Assembly: GCA_951406725.2 (NCBI GenBank)
Contig: OX597820.1
Location: 125,364,001-125,428,000, forward strand
Direction of reading: 5' to 3'
Source of the DNA: Octopus vulgaris
Taxonomy: Eukaryota
DNA length: 64,000 nt
This document shows positions 57,109-64,000 of this stretch, piece by piece (within the stretch, counting starts at the first letter, position 1; each line of letters opens with the position of its first letter). Made by a program: the position numbers and the translations under genes. The notes below the pieces were generated by a model, which saw only the letters and a list, made by a program, of their open reading frames with translations, was not told the DNA's origin and did not search any database.

Positions 57109-57751
57109 ATAATAATATCTGTTTCAACACACGACTTCACATAAAAAATCTTGCACAACAAATATAAAAATGTAATAATAATAATAATATTCATAATAAT
57201 AATATTAACGGTGTGTCATAAACACAAAGTTTTCTATAATAGATACGAGACATTCGGTACATATTTAGCCAGAATTTCTCTTTCATACAGAACAGAGATT
57301 ATGCAACATAAAATGCATCGTCGATAAATATAAAAATTAAATTAGGTATGAATGTATCGTATGGACTTGGTTACTATTTTTACATTCGTTAAGGCGTTTC
57401 ATTGTTACCGTGTAAGTTACTTTCACCACAGTTTGAATTTAGCTTTATACTATTTTTTCTTAGCATAATCAGCTTAATTTATTGTGATACATATTAAGTT
57501 TTATATATGAATGAAGTATTCTATTTATAGGACTATCTTTGTTTTTACTTGTTGTATATTTGCAGTTTCTATTTGAGTAAGATGTGTTTGCGTAAATTAC
57601 ATATATGCATCGACTTTAATTTCATTAATATATCACAAATCAGTCTGATTTTTTTCACTCGGAAACAGAAAATGTTACGTTATCTCATATATGATTATCA
57701 AAAACGTAAATTATGATATTCTAAAGTCCTTGATATAAATATAACTGTATG

Positions 57752-57811
<60 letters not shown>

Positions 57812-57817
<6 letters not shown>

Positions 57818-57962
57818 AGAGTTTACGAAAAAATAAAAGACGAAGACTGGTGGTGTACAAAACAAACAGATGTATTAGTATAACGAATAGAATAAGTCTT
57901 TAACGTTTCGAGCCTACGCTCTTCTACAGAAAGGGACACAGAAAAAAACAAGGAGAGAAACG
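57812..57962 (-). mobile_element. Family H repeat with an intact A6U hammerhead-like motif at 57898-57933
   Basis: Minus strand CTTT-CTGTAGA-A-GAGC-GTAG-GCTC-GAAAC-GTT-AAAG. Confidence 0.75.
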
Positions 57963-58156
57963 TGCGTTTGTGTGAGTAAGTAAGTATGTATGTATGTATG
58001 TATGTATGTATGTATGTATGTATGTATGACACTATGTATGGGCATCTATATTTCTGTTGTTCGCATATCCAAGCATACTTATTTACGCAGTTGCAGGCAG
58101 ATGGTCTCAGACAAGGAACCTGCACATGAAGTCACTCAAGAATATTTACATCGTCA

Positions 58157-58375
58157 AGGCGGTGAGCTGGCAGAAACGTTAGCACACCGGGTGAAATGTG
58201 TAGCCGCATTTCGTCTGCCGTTACGTTCTGAGTTCAAATTCCGCCGAGGTCGACTTTACATTTCATCCTTTCGGGGTCGATAAATTAAGTACCAGTTACG
58301 CACTGAGGTCGATGTAATCGACTTAATCCCTTTGTATGGCCTTGTTTGTCCCCTCTATGTTTCAATAGAGAAATA
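58157..58375 (+). mobile_element. tRNA-related SINE family 4 (Meta-domain-like), with a partial repeat at 58385-58450
   Basis: aaggcggtgagctggcagaaacgttagc head, B-box GAGTTCAAATTCC, and tttcatcctttcggggtcgataaattaagtacc domain. Confidence 0.75.
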
Positions 58376-58445
58376 AGAGACAGCAGTATTTCGTCTGTCT
58401 TTACGTTCTGGGTTAAAATTCCGCCGAGGTAGATTTTGCCTTACA

Positions 58446-59170
58446 TCATTTCTTCCCACAAGTGGTCTATGGGGTTCAAGTCTGGAATTAGGTCAGGCCA
58501 TGGGCAGTGTCTGGATGTTGTACTGTTGGATGAAGTTTGTTATCAATCTGGCAGTATGGGCACGGGCGTTGTTGTGTGGGAACGCTAGATTCCGATGACG
58601 GCAAAGTATGTAATGAGTAGCCATTAAACCATTGCCAGGGTTTTGGCTGATTGTTTAGAAGACCAGCTTCTTCTCCAATTCCTAGCTTTGCCATCTGTTA
58701 CAGAAATGTAATGGTAACTTTCGTTAGGGAAACCTAGAGTCCTCCACTGTGAAACGCCAGTCCGGATGTTTTTGAGCCAATTGCAGACTTACCTTTCGAT
58801 GATGATCTGTGAGGATGGGGTCCCCAGCCGGACATCCACAAAGCAGATCGAAAGATCTCACTCGGCAGCAATGGATCTCTTCACAAATGGGTTTGTGGTG
58901 AGTCTCTATGATCTGCTAGCTGATTTCTTGCCCTCCGGAATCGGCCCAGCAAGTGCTGTCCTTGCAGGTGACGATCTTGATGTGTTGCTCTAACACTATT
59001 CGCCCACTGCGTGGACGATCATCCGTCCAACATTGTATCTTTGCTGCAGCTGCTCAAGTGTTCGAATACTGCAGTTTAAGTTATTAGCAAAGGCCCATGT
59101 ACGTTGACCAGCATGGAAACCTCCGAAGGCTCGCGTCCTCTGATTTCGTGTCAATCTTGGCTTGCTTGCT
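58446..59170 (-). pseudogene. Tc1-family DD34E transposase remnant
   Basis: PRLTRNQRTRAFG..HAG...CSIRTLEQLQQRY, DDRPRSGR, HNNARAHTAR and WPDLIPDLNPIDHLWEE, across frameshifts. Confidence 0.85.
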
Positions 59171-59771
59171 GTGCTCGGGAAACAAAAGACAGGCTGGTAA
59201 TTTTGGGAGCCTTTTATACCCAATTAGTCAAGATTTTGTACGTACATCATGCGATTCATAAAGATGTGCTCATGAGCATTACTATTTTCACGAAAAGTGA
59301 GTGTGTTCGAACCCTATATGGAATACTTCTGTTTTCAAAAGAGAAAAAGAGAAATGGTGTGGGTCAGTTAACATCTTTCTGATGTCAAATTAACTCGAAA
59401 TGTGATAAAACCCACATAAAATCCGTGTTGAAGGGAAACTACTTCTCATCGACAACTGTGATTGTCACACGCCGATAACGGGTCAATATCCAGAAACTCG
59501 AGTCCGTGTGTATCATAAGTTGAAGACGGGAATGATGGCTCCCTTTGCAAATATTGATAGGGCACAGAAAGTGTGTCTATAGCCAGCTGGAGGAGGTGTC
59601 CTCCTGGGGCTACAAACTACAGTAGCATCCACCCTTAAGGGTTAGCTATATTTCAATGGCAAATATACGTCACGATGTATTGTAGCTACTGTTTATAACT
59701 CGCTCTGAGATTTATTATTGCATATATATATATATATATGTATGTATGTATATACATACATACATATATAC

Positions 59772-59804
<33 letters not shown>

Positions 59805-59831
59805 TTAGCAAGTAAATATACATATATACAC

Positions 59832-59929
<98 letters not shown>

Positions 59930-60269
59930 ATATGTATATTTACTTCCTAATGCAAGATTTCGAACATGGATGGTACAAAGGGCATAATGAAAGTTTAGCA
60001 AAACTATCGTAAAGGTAGTTTATTCTGAATTTACCTAACTTTACGATCTAAATCCCACCATATTAAGATTGTGTACACACACACACACACGCACACACGC
60101 ACATACAAAAACACACTCACACACACACAAGCAGACACACTGACACACACATATATGCATATGTGTGTGTGTCAAAGAAGATATATGTATATGTGTAGTC
60201 TGTGAGTGAATGTGTGATATATGTACATATACAGGAATATATATTTGTATATGCATTACATCTCTCTCT

Positions 60270-60367
<98 letters not shown>

Positions 60368-62595
60368 TGTACTTGCGTGCGTGCGTGTGTGTGTGTGTGT
60401 GAAATTTAACTCCAGAATATCTGACGGCATTACTGCAGGCGTTATATTCTTTCCTACGCAATGCCAATTTCGTCAATAATTTCATATGATTGATTATGTC
60501 ACGATGAAAGTTCTTAAACATCATCTGATGAAAATTATACTCTCCCGGAGGTGATCATCTTCAAGTGAATAATGGTGTCCAACTGCCAATAAGTGTGTTT
60601 GATGACTGCGTTCCAAATATAAAAATAGATGTTTTATATAAACACGTATAACTTGTTCCTCAATTGATATTCAGCTAAGATAATTCAAAGCGCCAAAGTT
60701 TATATGTCTACTATCATTGGTGACATACTATAACATGGGGATTGTAATAACTTTCGGTTATATTTCGTAAAATGTACTGATCTGAAAGTTTGTACGTAGA
60801 ATTGTCAAACGGAGAACATAGAGGAAAATAGTTATTTTTATACTTGTCTTATGTATGTAGTTTGAAGGCCGATGTTTCTAACATCTGTGAATTGTATATA
60901 TCGTTGACTTTTCTTAGTGCCTACTCTTCTGTACTCTTTTTTTTTTTAAGTGTATAAAATTTACCCATTTGCCAGGGTGTCAATGTAGAATATCCATTTC
61001 AGTCGTCGAGAGCCCAGCAATTTACAATATATTCTCGCTCACAAATGTAGGTAGTGACACAGAAACATGTAAGTAAAATACATCAAATACACATGTACGC
61101 GTGTACACAAAATATGCTCATATACTAAATACACACAGAGTTATGTATGCATAAATAGTACAGGCATGCGACACAAATACATAATACGAAGTAAGATTAC
61201 AGAGACTGTAACACTTTATACGTATCTATACGTTACATATGGCGGGGGTGAAAATTGCAGTGGTCTATTTTGTATGAACGGCCAGACGTGGGAAGGAGAA
61301 GAATACGCTTCTTCATCAATCCTTCTTGATGGTTTTTGTGATGCTTGGACAATGAGTAAAGTACTGCCGAAGTGTTAATGAATTTACGTGACTAAAAGCC
61401 ACGCAAGAATGTGTATATTTACATATGTATATATATGTATCTACTTGCATTTACAACTAGAGGATATTATGACGTGAACCCTGTTATATTTTTAGATGTT
61501 AAGGAGTTTCAATCCCTGGTTGTTGTCGTTTTAACATCACAAAATATTCAGGGAATCTCGAAACTGTTTATCGATATAAAATTTCGTGTGTTGGAATCAA
61601 ATGCACTTTGATATTTATCCCTTTCCCTGACATCCTGCAGAGATTGAAAAATGTAGAAATTTCTTGATGTAAAATGTTGAACACACGACCATAAATTTGT
61701 ATTAAGTGCTAGGAATTATTCCGTGAAGTAGTTCGCTTGCTGCCATCATACTCGTTGAGTAATTTAAGGATACTTCGTCATAAAGCAACCTGACAGAAAA
61801 AGCAATATTTTATAAGAAATGTTCGAGGCAACTAGCAAACATGAATTCCAAATATTGTCTCTCATACATTATCCCTCGCAAATTGGCGGAGTTGGCGGCT
61901 CTTTATTTTTAAGCCAAAAAGCCAAATAGGGAGACAAAAACAGAGACTTGAGAACATTATGCGATAAGATAAACCTAAGAAGAGTGACAAATTGCTAAGA
62001 AATTAAGAAACATCATTGGTATTACTACTTTGACTGAGATGCACATGGGTAAGTATAAGTATGTGAAATCACACGCCTAGAGTAACTTTTTAATCTAGAC
62101 GTAACAGTCGGAATCTGACGCACCCTACCAACGTGAACATTTTCACACATGCGTAGAAAGTATTTTGCACACGCGGCATTAGATTTCGAAGGAAAAATAA
62201 AGTCGGGCAGTTTTTAATGCACCTCCTATTGTAATTCACCAGAAAGTAGGGTTCTTAAAAGTGAAATAATATATCAGTTGACCAAATTGATATTAAAAAC
62301 ATAAAACCCTGACGAATGATGCTTTAAATATATGAAACAAAACCACGAAAATGAAACATAAATGATAAAAATAAAATTAGATACAATGGATTATATATAT
62401 ATATTTTAAAGTCTTTCCGTTCTTGGTTATTTACAGTCCCGATTATTTCTTTCTCAATTTCAATGAAGAAGATTTCTACATGGGCTGCAATAAAAAAGTG
62501 CAAACGCAAAAATACAAATACACACGCATACACACAAACATACACGCACACACAAAATTCACTCAGCACGTATATTTGTATATATGTATATATAT

Positions 62596-62661
<66 letters not shown>

Positions 62662-63600
62662 CTATAAATGCATACACATATATGCATTTGTGTATGCTTA
62701 TGCATATCCGTACACATACATATGTATTTCTATGTGTGCGTGTGTCTGTGAGTGTGTATACAAATTACGTACTTTATAAATACAGGAACATAAGTCATTA
62801 GGTATTAACAGCAATAATGAAGATAAGGAGAAGAGAAATAGAAAAATACGTGCAATATGTCATGATGAAGGGGAGAATGGTGATGAATATAATGAGAATA
62901 ATGATAATTTATGAATACACAGACACACACATACATAATAGATATATATATATATACATACATGCGTACGTATATGTATATATGAGCGTGAGCGTGTGGG
63001 TCTGTATGTATAGCATTACATTATACTACAAGTACGTATGTATGCATTTATGTATTTGCATTTATATTTTATAAGAAATATAAAAATGCCACGAACCATG
63101 AAGAAATGTGATGGTAATCAAAGAGTAATCTAATATCTTCCGTTCAAGATCACAGTGTTTGATATACTTCATAATATTTTCGTTCAGATTTATATAATCA
63201 TACGTTATATCCCCTTTAGCTTAATGTTGATTGCAATATTTGGGGTTAAAATTTGTAATGCCAAATATAATTGGATACACTTAAACTGCTGTACTCTCTA
63301 TATTATTATTTGATTGAAAGGAGTTAATCCATTCCAAAACTGCAAGCCTAATTTAACGACCTTTATTAAAAGGGTTATTGATTGCTGTTTCTCGTTTTTT
63401 TTTTCCAAATGCGTTTCAAAAGTATTTAGATCATGCCATTATGTTCATAATTACGTAAGATTCAATACATAGAATAAGAAACTATGCTAATCATGAGTTT
63501 AACTATCGCTGCATTAAATTGTTTTATAAATATATAAGAGGAATAAATGGCATTTATATAATCTTAGATATATATATTGTTATATATGTATGTATGTATG

Positions 63601-63689
<89 letters not shown>

Positions 63690-63710
63690 GTATGTATGTA
63701 TGTATATATA

Positions 63711-63880
63711 TAGTGAGAATTTACAAAATAATGCAAAACACGAAGACATGTGTGTAAACAACAAACAGATGTATTAGTTTAACGCTCGGGAAGTGAGAAA
63801 GTATTTTATGCTTCGAGCCTAAGCTCTTCGACAGAAAGGAAGAGAGAAATAAACAGGGAGCGAGAATAGAAAAAGGTTTA
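63711..63880 (-). mobile_element. Family H repeat with a degenerate hammerhead-like motif (about 63803-63838)
   Basis: Minus strand CTTT-CTGTCGA-A-GAGC-TTAG-GCTC-GAAGC-ATA-AAAT. Confidence 0.7.
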
Positions 63881-64000
63881 GTGGCTAGGGTTTTATCATA
63901 GCGAATGCCGGTCAGAGGTGTCAATAGGAGAGCTAGGGAGAAGGGGAGATAATAAAGTAGTGGTGATACCAAAATATAGGTGCGCGGGCGTGTGCATGAG

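Noticed and set aside
62309-62345. CTGACGA...GAAAC spacing (also CTGAAGA...GAAAC near 45977)
   Set aside because: No convincing stems I or II and no cleavage triplet.

Overview
AT-rich, microsatellite-dense eukaryotic DNA, most likely from an octopus or other coleoid cephalopod (inferred from the SINE families, not proven). The only host gene is a GABA-B receptor subunit 2 (GABBR2)-like class C GPCR on the + strand. Four phase-0 exons (4127-4234, 18634-18756, 47645-47746, 50836-51060) encode TM3 to TM7, separated by introns of about 14.4, 28.9 and 3.1 kb. The introns contain an RTE LINE and a Penelope-like element (PLE), both with uninterrupted 5'-truncated ORFs. They also hold degenerate CR1/L2-type, R4/Dong-type, Tc1/mariner and Helitron-type remnants, a Tigger-like MITE and many tRNA-derived SINEs. 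The most notable signal is about a dozen minimal type I hammerhead-ribozyme-like motifs of the PLE type, most lying about 80-170 nt from a (TA)n tract. They include non-canonical cores (U4C, a recurrent A6U, and a compensatory A3-U8) and are mostly antisense to the host pre-mRNA. Several long inverted repeats and hairpins could form dsRNA in the pre-mRNA. Nearly all short ORFs in the supplied track are microsatellite or SINE artefacts. Repeat boundaries were read by eye and are approximate.
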